In this document: piece after piece, positions 63,892-64,000 of the stretch
How positions within the stretch are numbered: the first letter of the stretch is position 1
Layout of the letters: every line of letters starts with the position of its first letter
Source of the DNA: Octopus sinensis
Lineage: Eukaryota
Assembly: GCF_006345805.1 (NCBI RefSeq)
Contig: NC_042999.1
Coordinates: 167,896,001 to 167,960,000 of the forward strand
Length of the DNA: 64,000 nt
Direction: 5' to 3'
Program-made: the position numbers and the translations under genes
The notes under the pieces: generated by a model
Told to the model about the DNA's origin: nothing
What the model saw: only the letters and a program-made list of their open reading frames with translations
Database searches by the model: none

Positions 63892-64000
63892 TTAAAGAGT
63901 ATTTGGTTCCTATTTTTAGCTGGCCAAGTGAATACATATAAGGCACATACCTATATCAACACAAAACAGTCTCCAATTTTGTGTTTAGGGAAGAGCTGAA

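Noticed and set aside
1-64000. True tRNA genes, CRISPR arrays or prokaryotic operons
   Set aside because: The tRNA-like sequences are SINE heads without full cloverleafs; the dispersed repeats have no repeat-spacer periodicity; the sequence is eukaryotic non-coding DNA.

Overview
AT-rich, repeat-saturated eukaryotic non-coding DNA, most likely intronic or intergenic sequence from an octopus/coleoid cephalopod (inferred from the tRNA-derived CORE-type SINE families and very dense (TA)n/(CA)n/(GATA)n/(ATT)n microsatellites; not verified by database search). No intact protein-coding gene is visible. Most ORFs in the track are microsatellite or SINE artefacts; the only recognisable protein sequence comes from decayed retroelements (CR1-clade RT at 40.4-41.9 kb and 36.8-37.3 kb, RTE-clade at 46.1-47.1, 31.3-32.0 and 57.8-58.2 kb, a Penelope-like ORF remnant at 38.6-39.1 kb). 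Also present: more than 20 copies of one dominant SINE, several other SINE families, mariner/Tc1 and piggyBac-type MITEs and non-autonomous Helitrons. The main hidden signal is a set of type I hammerhead-ribozyme motifs from unrelated sequence families: three with intact catalytic cores (19245+, 35955-, 39781-) and about five decayed ones. Several have unusually long stem II insertions and palindromic stem III, and several sit beside local inverted duplications. The window also holds several near-perfect fold-back repeats (a 100-bp hairpin, and ~310-bp and ~190-bp arms), a CR1 LINE/SINE 3' stem-loop with compensatory base changes, and three low-confidence plus-strand micro/small exon candidates of an unidentified host gene. 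All alignments and folds were done by eye.
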